DNA of 63,962 nt, counting the filler, from Syncephalis fuscata S228 (taxonomy: Eukaryota > Fungi > Zoopagomycota): NCBI GenBank assembly GCA_025786725.1. It is 4 parts of 4 records of this genome, joined end to end, with 100 filler letters (N's around TTAATTAATTAA, not from the genome) between each part and the next. Parts side by side here need not be neighbours in the genome. Positions count along the whole stretch, not along the records: positions 1 to 29,091 come from JAHLTZ010000093.1; 3 more parts are not named here. One strand, given 5' to 3'. Positions within the stretch are counted from its first letter, which is position 1. Every line of letters starts with the position of its first letter. The notes under the pieces were generated by a model that saw only the letters and a program-made list of their open reading frames with translations, made no database searches and was not told the origin of the DNA. Made by a program: the position numbers and the translations under genes. This document shows, piece after piece, positions 1-10,316 of this stretch.

Positions 1-159
1 CATTTGAAAATAATATATATATATTTAAAAGTTAAGTAGCAAAGATATGTAATAAACAGCCTAGATATTATAGTATAAACTAATTTACTGGTGGGATATT
101 TCAGGTAGCTGGTCAACTTCGACATAGGCTATAGTTAAGAATTACATTGTATTAAACAA

Positions 160-1750
160 TCAACGGATTAATATGTGTGAATGCATAGTTTTTCTATTTC
201 TTTTGTAATACTTACCGTGATCACGACCAATTTGCCGCGAGAAAGTGCTTCGTAGTGCCTTTCGCCATGATGCAAATACATTTGCGTTTTTGGGATACAG
301 CATGACACCACCACGTCTATCAAACATATAGATGACATTACAATTAGCCATTGCCGGCTTGTTTCGGATTGACGACGACGGCGAAGACGATGATGAAACA
401 GGCTTCTTTGCATCACCGGCCATACGAACACACACGGTTGCTTCTTTTAGGTGAATGGTGGTCATATACGTAAACTGATCCACGCCAAGCTTCGAGGCTA
501 ATACAATACGATCTCCAAGCAGCCATGCCGTGGTTAGTGTATGGTTGTCGAGTTGACCGCTGATATTAGCGTTATCGTAATGACTGGCCGAGAATTGGAT
601 AGCTGCCGCTGCTGCCTGCCGATTGCCGACAGCTGTGCAGGCAAACTCACCCTCTGCCGCCAGTTCTTGATCACGGGATAGGAAGGCTCTTGGCAGACCA
701 ACAATGCTTGCCTGTATAATGGCGAGTCGTTGGATTTCTTGAAGTTTATCGAATCTAATTATTATTATTATTATTATAATTTATCGTTAGTACTTAAGCT
801 CATACGTAGAATTATATTCGCCACTTACAATGGTGTCATCGCTTGATCCAATTCCTGCAATTGTTCAAGGCAGGAATTAATGGCATGCAAGTCACGATCA
901 TTGCTGAGCATAACGCAGCGATTCATTAAATTTTCAAGGAAGCTGATGTAGTGCCAGATGCGTTCACGTGGTTTAATAAAAAACTCGGGTAAAACTATAT
1001 CTCCCATTCGTTCCTAAGTTGTTTTTAGTTATCGAAATACAGTTTCTTTTAAATAAATTACCTGGAATGTAGGTAGAAATGTAGCATCCGTGTAGCGAAG
1101 CATTTCAAATGTAGCCAATGCACTGATATGTTTATCCATCAGTTCTACATGACCCTGTAGTTCTGGGATCTATTTTATAGAAATTGTATTTTAAATAAAT
1201 ATTTTTCATCAAAACTAAACGGTCTACTTACGTTCATGTAAAAAATCCATACGACTTGTCTGATTGACAATGCTTTCATATCACTAGGGCAATAATTAGT
1301 ATTTTATATTTGATAAAACACACGCTAGTATGCTTACAGTGACTTAAGATCTGTTAGAAAATTGTCGTGCGTTCTCATTAAAGCAGGCGTAGTATAGAAT
1401 AGGCTGCTGATTAATTGACGCTGCGACGAAGGACGTGCTCGCAAAGCAGGATCGGTTTGGGTTGAAAGATTCCATGGGAGATATCTTTTCCAAACCGGTT
1501 CGGCAATACGATCGTTAATATGCTTAAGTGAGCGAACAAAACTGGCCTCGTTTTCCACTAAATGGTGAATTTGTCCGTAAAGTGACTTAAGAGAAGATGT
1601 GGCGGCTGTTTTACTGTTAGCTTGCGCGTTTTTGTCTACTTTGTACATACAAACACCATCAAATGATGTGGATTCTTTGATAGAACTTGCGCAGGATCCA
1701 TCGTCACTTCCGTGACCATCGCTCATGTAGCTCGTTGCTTGTTTGCTCAT
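160..1750 (-). CDS. Divergent DH-PH (Dbl-family RhoGEF-like) protein, multi-exon
   Basis: ATG at 1750 (MSKQATS). DH-like motifs IHHLVENEASFVRSLKHI, LFYTTPALMRTHDNFLTDL and FFIKPRERIWHYISFLENL. PH-like last exon with WLLGDRIVLA and FASWRKAL. GT-AG introns link ORFs 1334-1894, 825-1007 and 160-483. Confidence 0.6.
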
Positions 1751-4350
1751 AGTGATATTGTAATTGTTAGACGTGACTGCTATGCTAAAATAGGCGGTTG
1801 GTAGTATTCCTAATTTACACAGATACATCAGTAAACTAAAATCGAGTTTTGCAGCAACGTGATTATTACCTAGGTAGTTAATGCTGACCAGCAACAGTGA
1901 GAAAGGGCAGAAATGAATCGAACGACAAAAGAGAAGAGGTGGCTTGCAAATAGCTAAGCCGTGGTCTTAAGTTGGCACATGATGCAGATATAAAGAGACA
2001 TTAAGCACATGGGTATTTGAAACACAGCCTTGTCCCAAGTCTTTCAACACGACCCCGTTCTACTTATCTGGTTTGGTATTGTCTTGTAAACAGGTATTGA
2101 AGGTCGTAATTTTCTTTCAAAGTAACATTTCATTTTTCTAACATGGTCGCGTCATTAGCCTCAATAAACGAACTCCGCAATTTACATTGTGTCCGCACCG
2201 TGAGCTTTGGTGTTTCATATTTCCGACGCTGGTTCATCTTAATAAGAAACTGGAATTAATGCGGGTACTTGTTGGGTAGTAAATAAGCAGTCTTTCATTC
2301 ATTTTAAAGCCGTCTATTGAGATTAAGATATGTAATAGCTATTATAAATTAAACCTTTTTTGATAGTATCAAATGGTTTTGGCTATAAAAATGTGTCCCT
2401 TCAACGTCAGTTTTACATTTTCTTTACTCCGCCATACTCAATGGTCGTTGAATAGCTGCTAAGCATTGCACTTATTACAAACTGTCTTATTTATCTTTAT
2501 TTTTGTTTTTATTTTTATTTATTTTCTGTTCATTTAACAACATGTTTGTGCAGCAATGCTGAATAAGTATATTTAAGTGCAAACGTATATTACATTAATG
2601 GAATACAACGGTTATTCATACATTCTTACTACCTGTAAGGTTAAGTACCCACGACGGTTTTATCATACATTTGGGCTTAACTAATTGCAGCTGACACATG
2701 ACTTGTATTTTATGATAACATAATGGAAGAAGAGGCCAAGGTCTGAATATTTCAAAGTCCTTATACATAACCTATGGGGTGTTTATAGTGCATTAATAGC
2801 ACATTATCGGGTCATTCAAGCGCTAGTGGGGTGCTTAATACCAAATATACCAACTATTTTAAAGTAAAAAAAGAAAACGATAATATTATTCTAGCATTAA
2901 GCATTCAACATGAATTGAGGTGTTCTTCATAGTAATCGCCATAGAAATGTATATTGTGATTGGTAGAATCATAAAAATACCAATGCTGTGTGTGTAAACT
3001 TTATATAAAGATTTTAGTTACTTATAATTCAAGTAATACTAATATAGTATAAAACATTTTAAATATTTTTTCAAATGCATTGATTGATACATGTAAATTA
3101 TCAACGTACGATTATTTAATAATCAAGTGTAAAAGCTTACTATAATCACTTTTGAATTTATAATATAACACCAAAATGTTACAGCCGAATATTAGCATAA
3201 TTACAAAGCAAATAATTGATTATCACAGGCTTAATGGTTTTTTTTACTATCAATAAACTAATGTTTTGCTTTTAAATTTTAAACCTTAAAACCATTGTTT
3301 GGTTAAACTAAACCAGTACTTTGATATCAGCTGTTACAAGTATAATATATATATATATACGCTTATATAGAAGTTATGCAATACAAATTATACGTGCTAT
3401 TGCATATATCTGTGAATATAAGTGATCAGCATTGTAATCTGCTACACTATTATATTGCTATTTAGTCGTTAAATTCTACTAATTTGATTCTAAAAAGGCG
3501 ACGCATCCTAAATATTTTTTGCGCTTTATTAAATGTTATTTATAATACTTTCTGCTTCTTTGTGCTTCATTTCTACTAAGCGTTATTATTTTAATTGCAT
3601 TAAACTCCGTTATATCTTTGATAAACAGTTCATTTTGACGTGATTATAGAAATTTGATTTTAGTTTATAAAGCTTTTTATAAAGCTAAGCCGATTAACCT
3701 TGAAATGCCAATTGTTTTCTATTGGTTTCTGCTTTGGCTTGTTCCTCTATATTTCATCTTGCTTAACTTGTCAGAATTGGTTTCAGAAATGTAAACAGCA
3801 CTTAGGCCTTAGATGATTATCGGCTGATGTACAATCCACAGCCACTATGCACTCGAAATTGCTGATATTTGGCTAGAGTTTTTTGTTGTATTTAGTTTAG
3901 TGTCTTCATATTGTATTGCGTGTAATTTATCTGATGCAATCTAGTTTACAGCTGAAAACTGATAACGAAAATGACATGTTGGAATGTTCCATTGCTCAAA
4001 AGGCTGTGATGCATCATGCTACAAACAGTACTTATTGTATAGGCAGTTTCAGGCGGTTAGGATTAGCCACCATTTGAATGATGGTAGTTTCAGGTGGTTT
4101 GGATTAGCCACCATTTGCATGATGGCAGTTGCACAGCATGTAGCATGATATGCATGAATGTGATGCATTTGTAAATTCAAAGCAATGATTGCCCCATAAC
4201 AATGAGCATAGTTTTGAATGAAATGCATGCATGTACCAATCAACACATCTTATAATTTAAAAATTACATCTAATTTATGTATGGCAGTAAAAACCTGTAT
4301 AAAATACCAGTTTGATACATTAAGCTTGTTTTTGCATCAGTATTGTGTGT

Positions 4351-4895
4351 TATTTTGTATGCATGCAGATATTGAGGACCGAACCAGTAGAAATAGCAGC
4401 AAAAACATTATTATCATTTTTACAAAACCAAACAACAATATATTTGCTTTCACCAAATAGTCAAACCGTGTAACAGAAAATACAGGCTAATATACCTATC
4501 TCTATTGCATATGTACTGGATTATTACCATTGCCACAGTACTCGTGCAAATAACTGACAGATTGAAGTAAAGACCAGGCAGGCTATGTATTATTTTGTAT
4601 GCATGCAGATATTGAGGACCGAGTCATTCAGTGGAAGCAATAGCAAGGCATCATTTTTTGTTTTCACAAAGTCAAACAATATCTTGCTTTCACCAAATAG
4701 TTAAGCCGTGTAATAAAAAACAGGATACTGTACATGTCTCTATCGCATATGTACTGCTCATTGGGATTGCCGCGTTATCTGTGTAAATGCCGAGAAGGTT
4801 AAATCAAAGGTTGGCAGATTGAAATCAAAACCGAGCAGGTTAAAATCAAGGCTGGCAGATTGAAACCTAGACCAAGCAGATTAAATCAAGGCTGG
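4351..4895. repeat. Diverged ~240-bp tandem duplication followed by short ~20/41-bp repeats
   Basis: TATTTTGTATGCATGCAGATATTGAGGACCGA occurs at 4351 and 4591, with continuing similarity (GCTTTCACCAAATAG...CCGTGTAA). (A)GGTTAAATCAAGGCTGGCAGATTGAAA-like units at ~4797-4895. Confidence 0.75.
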
Positions 4896-5179
4896 GAAGC
4901 ATGTTATCGCATTATGAATTTATTGGTACACGTGCGCCTTAAACCATTATTTGGATTGCTTTATTGGTTCATATTACACATCAATGATATATCTCGTATA
5001 CTGCAGCATGCTAGCATCTCAGCATTGCCGTAAGTACAAATAGCCCCCAAAATATACACAACCAACTGCGATATCATCATCACACTCTACTCTCTGCTAA
5101 ACACACGCTAATCTCCACTCTATACCAACCACACTCTACTATCTCTTTTATTTGTTTGTCTTAACAAATTAATATCACC

Positions 5180-7873
5180 ATGAAGCTTTCCATTGCCGTT
5201 GTTTGCATCATTGTTGTGGCTTTGATAGCCGCTACAACCATGGTGGATGCTAATCCAGCCTTAGTTCGTCGTTATGGTATGTTACAATAACAATAAACAT
5301 AATAGCATTTGTTTATTAACAATATTTTTAATTAATAATTATAATAGAGCGTAAGTAACACTATATATTAGCTGACTATGCATTAATTATATATCATGTA
5401 ACGTGTGCATCAACAAATAAATATCAATAGCTGGTAGGTTGCATTACATATTAACATCAATAAAACATATACTAATTATGTATCATGTATTGTATCGATC
5501 AACAAATCAATATTAGGCAATTGTAAGTTGTATTGTATAGTAATTGGTTACTCACTAATTACATGCTATGCACCATGTGTATCAACAACTCAATACTAAT
5601 AGGCGGTAAGCGATATTGTATATTAGTTGATTATAAATTAATTATATACCATGTATTGTGTATATCACAACCTAATGCCATAGATGGTAAGGTGTATTGT
5701 GTATTAATTAATTATGCCCTAATTATATATCATGTGCCGTGTATATCAACAAATCAATACTAATAGCATGTAAGTGATATTATATATTGACTGAGTATTG
5801 GCTAATTGTATATTATGTGCTGTGTGTATCAATAACTTGATATTAATAGGCGGTAAGTAGCATTGTATGTGCTGGCTTATAAATTAATTGTGTCATGCAT
5901 TGTGTATCAATAACTGCTGGAATAGTTAGTAAGTAACACTGCATATTCACCGACTATTCACTAATTATATATTATGTACTGTGCATGTATCAACAATTTA
6001 ATATTAATAGCTAGTAAGTCGTATTATATATTTATTAATTACTCTCTAATTATATCCATGTACTGTGTGTATTAACAAACATTAATAGAATGTAAGTAGC
6101 ATGGTATATTAGTTAGCTATTAGCTAATTACATATCGTGTATTGCGTGTATCAATAACCTAATATTAATAGGCGGTAAGTAATACCATATATTGACTGGA
6201 TATATATTAACTATATTATTTACTGATTGTACCAATTGTTTAATATTAATAGAGAGTAAGTGGTAGTGTATATTAATTAACTATATATTAACTATACTAT
6301 TTACTGATTGCACCAATTGTTTAATATTAATAGAGAGTAAGTGGTAGTGTATATTAACTAACTATATATTAACAATGCTATTTACTGATTGTACCAATTG
6401 TTTAATATTAATAGCCAGTAAGTAATATTGTATATTAATTGACTATACGTTAATAATAATAATTAATTATTGTACCGATTGCTTAATATTGATAGTTAGT
6501 AAGTAATATTGTATATTAACTAACTATATATTAACAATGCTATTTACTGATTGTACCAATTATTTGATATTAATAGGATGTAGGTTGTATTGTATATTAA
6601 TTAAATACTCCCTAATTACATGATATTTATTGCTAATATTAATTTTTTAATATTAATAGTCAGTAAGTAATATTGTATATTAAATGACTATACATTAACT
6701 ATGCTATTTACTGATTGTACCAATTGTTTAATATTAATAGTGAGTAAGTGGTACTGTATATCAATGAACTATACGCTAATCATGCTATTTACTGATTGTA
6801 CCAATTGTTTAATATTAATAGAATGTAAGTAATATTGTATATTAACTAACTATACATTAACTATGCTATTTACTGATTGTACCAATTGTTTAATATTAAT
6901 AGGGAGTAAGTGGTACTGTATATCAATGAACTATACGCTAATCATGCTATTTACTGATTGTACCAATTGTTTAATATTAATAGAATGTAAGTAGTATTGC
7001 ATATTAACTAACTATACATTAACTATGCTATTCATTGATTGTACCAATTGTTTAATATTAATAGGCAGTAAGTAGTATTGTGTATTAATTAACTATACAT
7101 TAACTATACTATTTACTAATTGTAACAATTGTTTAATATTAATAGAATGTAAGTAGTATTGTGTATTAATTAACTATATATTAACTATGCTATTTACTGA
7201 TTGTAACAATTGTTTAATATTAATAGATGGTAAGTAGTATTGCATATTAACTAACTATATATTAACTATGCTATTTACTGATGATACCGGTTATTTAATA
7301 TTAATAGAGAGTAAGTGGTATTGTATATCAATGAACTACACATTAATTATATACTACGTACTGTATACGTTAACAAATTAATAGATTGTAAGTGATATTG
7401 TCTATTAATTGGCTATGTACTAATCACATGCTATTTACTGTATGCATTAATAATTTAATATAATAGGCAGTAAGTTGTATTGTGTATTAACTGAATATGC
7501 ACTAACTCTATACCATGCGTTGTGTATATCAATAACTTAATATAATAGAACGTAAGTAATATTATAGGTTAGTGGACTATGCATTAATTTTATACCATGC
7601 ACTGATATATCAACAACTCAATATAACAGAATGTAAGTTATATTGTATATTAGTTGACTATGAGCTAATCACATGCTATTACTGTGTGTACCAATAACTT
7701 ACTACTAATAGGGTGTAAGTTGTATTGCGTATTAACTGAATATGCACTAATTACATGTTATACGCCATGTGTATTAACAACTTAATATAATAGGCAGTAA
7801 GTAGTATTGTGTATTGATGGCTCATGCATTAATTATATGACATATAATATATTTATTTGTAAATACAGCATAA
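5180..7873 (+). CDS. Secreted cysteine-rich peptide precursor (65 aa) encoded by 33 exons, 31 of them microexons (30 x 3 nt, 1 x 6 nt)
   Basis: Exon 1 is 5180-5276 (MKLSIAVVCIIVVALIAATTMVDANPALVRRY + G), then donor GTATGT. Microexons between AG and GTA(A/G)G start at 5348 AGC, 5431 CTG, 5517 GCAATT, 5603 GCG, 5684 ATG, 5767 CAT, 5850 GCG, 5926 TTA, 6011 CTA, 6089 AAT, 6172 GCG, 6253 AGA, 6334 AGA, 6415 CCA, 6496 TTA, 6577 GAT, 6660 TCA, 6741 TGA, 6822 AAT, 6903 GGA, 6984 AAT, 7065 GCA, 7146 AAT, 7227 ATG, 7308 AGA, 7385 ATT, 7467 GCA, 7549 AAC, 7630 AAT, 7712 GGT, 7794 GCA. Last exon CA-TAA at 7869-7873. Joined CDS is 198 nt with no internal stop: ...RR YEPGNCDACVTKCEKTIRFMKWKCKYENCKQWCT*. 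Confidence 0.9.
5277..7868 (+). repeat. Tandem array of 32 mostly homologous ~71-83-nt introns (unit ~81 bp = intron + 3-nt exon)
   Basis: Central unit consensus GTAAGTAGTATTGTATATTAACTAACTATACATTAACTATGCTATTTACTGATTGTACCAATTGTTTAATATTAATAG-NNN. Exact 81-bp spacing for exons 6172-6577 and 6660-7308. Confidence 0.95.
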
Positions 7874-9440
7874 TCGATGGTTTCAAGACATCAGCATTGA
7901 TAGTGCAATCAAACCACTATTCCAATACACTTTAGGTATATATTCGGTGAAAAGCAAGACCATTTGACAACTACACCGTCCAGTCTATTTATATATCAAG
8001 TTTTGGCCAATGCTCCGGTTTATCCAGTCTTTAATCAATGAGATCATTATTTTATCAACAAGATTGTATCTAGTTGTCCTTATTCAACTGTGCAGACTTA
8101 TAGTAATAAAACTATGGTTCCATCTTAACTATATACAATCAAATTGCTATATCTATAATCACGTTCTATTTACATCCAATAATCGACAATTATTAATCAA
8201 ATAGTTAAATTAACAAAATGTCTATAATCGTATCGTCTAAGCTAATAGGCATAGATTGGTATGGATAGTAGCAAAGCTATTATTATCATATAGCCAAATA
8301 ATAGTATTCTGAAATTAGAATAAAGACGCTTTTCTAATAAAACATGACAACAAAGCATAGAATATTATTAAACAAAATAAATAAGCAAATCAAATACATA
8401 AATAGTGATAGTGAAACTATACTGTATGCAATTGGCCAAGAGTAATGAATGAAATAAATCAAAATCTATTAAAAATACAGCTAGCAGTAAACTTTTAAGT
8501 TTTGTTAATATAGTTTTTACAATTTACAATATCAATGATATAGATGGGCACAAGTATCTGTATACATGATAGATATGTACAGTCCAATAATAACGATAAA
8601 TAAAAATTTAATAACCAATGACACTCACCACTCAATTTCATCTTCAATAATACGAATATTTAGTTTAAATGTGTGGCTATTATAGCTATTTAACCGCCAA
8701 ATCACATTAAATAACCAATAGTGTGCTTAATATTGGCAAAAAGTTATTTTTATTTAGTTAATAAAATACCATAAGATTCAATACAAATCAAGTGGTTTAA
8801 ATGATCCGCCACAATACCCTTTTAAGCTTCTTTCGCCATGTTTCATGACTTTTTTAAATTAGAACATTGGAGCAACTACTACAACATTTAAGAATGAATG
8901 TTACAGGTAGATTGTTTTAGTTTATCAATGACAAATGCCATATTGACGGTTTTATTTTGCACATCTTCACTCTTGCTTGATACACCAACCAATTAATTTA
9001 AGTTGATCAAAGCAATAATGCTTTCATGTAATTCGGAATTGTTTAATTGCTAAATCTAATATCTGAAATGCTCTAAATAAGCCAGTCTAATTTTATTCGT
9101 TGGTTAAATTTAAATTTTAAAAAATATTTATTAATTAAATAATTTCTGTTTGCATTACACTTTATTTATTTTGATAGCTATTTCATTAGTAGTTTGTATT
9201 TGTTTAATAAAAACGGTTGTTTCAACATTATTAATGCTAATTTTTACATAGCATGCTCTTGTATTGTATTTTTTGAATTGCATTTGCCACCAATATATTA
9301 TTAAAGGTCTTTTAACAAATAAAACACAATAGTTAATGCTGTTGATATAGCTACAATTAACTAAATTACATAAATAAACAAAGTTTTAAATTGAATTCGT
9401 TGCATTTATTGTAATTAACTTTTTTTTATAATTGTTGCAG

Positions 9441-9758
9441 AAAGATGCTCAAAACTGCTAAGCGACAAGGACTCTTGGTGATTGTAGATATTGATGAATA
9501 CAATACATCAAAAGTCTGTTCCAAATGGAAGAAAAGGAGATGGCAGGTTTACATCTGAAAGAACCCAGCGGCACAATGCATAGCATATTTGTTTGTCAAA
9601 ACAATGATTCTCGTACGGTATGGCAGCGTAATGTTAATGCCAGCAGAAACATGCACAGTATACTCAGTACAATTGCCAGTGGTAAACCAAAGCCTTCTGA
9701 TTTCTTACCGCCTATTACTACAAGAAATCCAACCGACACTGTTGCATCAACATCATAA
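9441..9758 (+). pseudogene. Fanzor/TnpB-like RuvC nuclease, decayed C-terminal fragment
   Basis: One frame reads KMLKTAKRQGLLVIVDIDEYNTSKVCSK (RuvC-II Glu plus first Zn-finger Cys). After a 1-nt shift at ~9527 it continues EEKEMAGLHLKEPSGTMHSIFVCQNNDSRTVWQRNVNASRNMHSIL...GKPKPSDF, matching the Fanzor pattern C...C..WxRDxNAxxNM...G..RP..F but with D>N and C>S changes. Confidence 0.75.
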
Positions 9759-10316
9759 TTAAATCATAATATTTTATTTTAAGTAGCGTAAAGTACTATT
9801 TAACATCATTAACACTAATATTGGATATTGGAAATTGTGCAGATTAATTGATACTGATTGATTCAATCGGAGTTGATGTGGCACTGCTTCAACAAATAGC
9901 ACTTCTCAGTAGTAAAAGTTGATCGACAATTTACTATTCGAGTTATAGATCTTTTTGTCCCCAGTTTGAAGCAAAAGACCCAAAGTGAAATAGCTCTGTT
10001 TATTTAATACTCGTTGTCATATTCACTATTGACCCCATATTGGCTGGAGTAATAAATAAATAAAAAAGTTATAATTAAATTATCATGATTGTCAGGACAT
10101 TTGAATATAATAATAGGCTATTTAATTTTATTGAAGCAGTGAACCAAATGCGCACCTATTATATAACTACTATTGACAGACACATATAAAGAGAGAAAGA
10201 GAGAGGGGAAATGAAAATAAATGAGTGCCTATGCGAATAAATCAAGCAAACGAGTATAAAATAATACAAAATAAATGGGCGAAATAGAAAACAAAAATAA
10301 TGCGATGATACACAGA

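Noticed and set aside
2000-4300. Possible decayed TE or coding fragments
   Set aside because: No recognisable motif in the frames I read, so it cannot be supported without a database search.
5533-5763. 76-aa ORF in the ORF track inside the array
   Set aside because: It is a read-through of intron repeats with a TTG start and no protein features.
6741-6743. TGA microexon as a premature stop or selenocysteine codon
   Set aside because: Introns are phase 1, so it reads A|TG (Met) and A|AA (Lys).
5277-7868. CRISPR array or plain non-coding minisatellite
   Set aside because: Eukaryotic context with no cas genes. The variable part is only 3 nt, bounded by splice signals, and joins into a coherent ORF.
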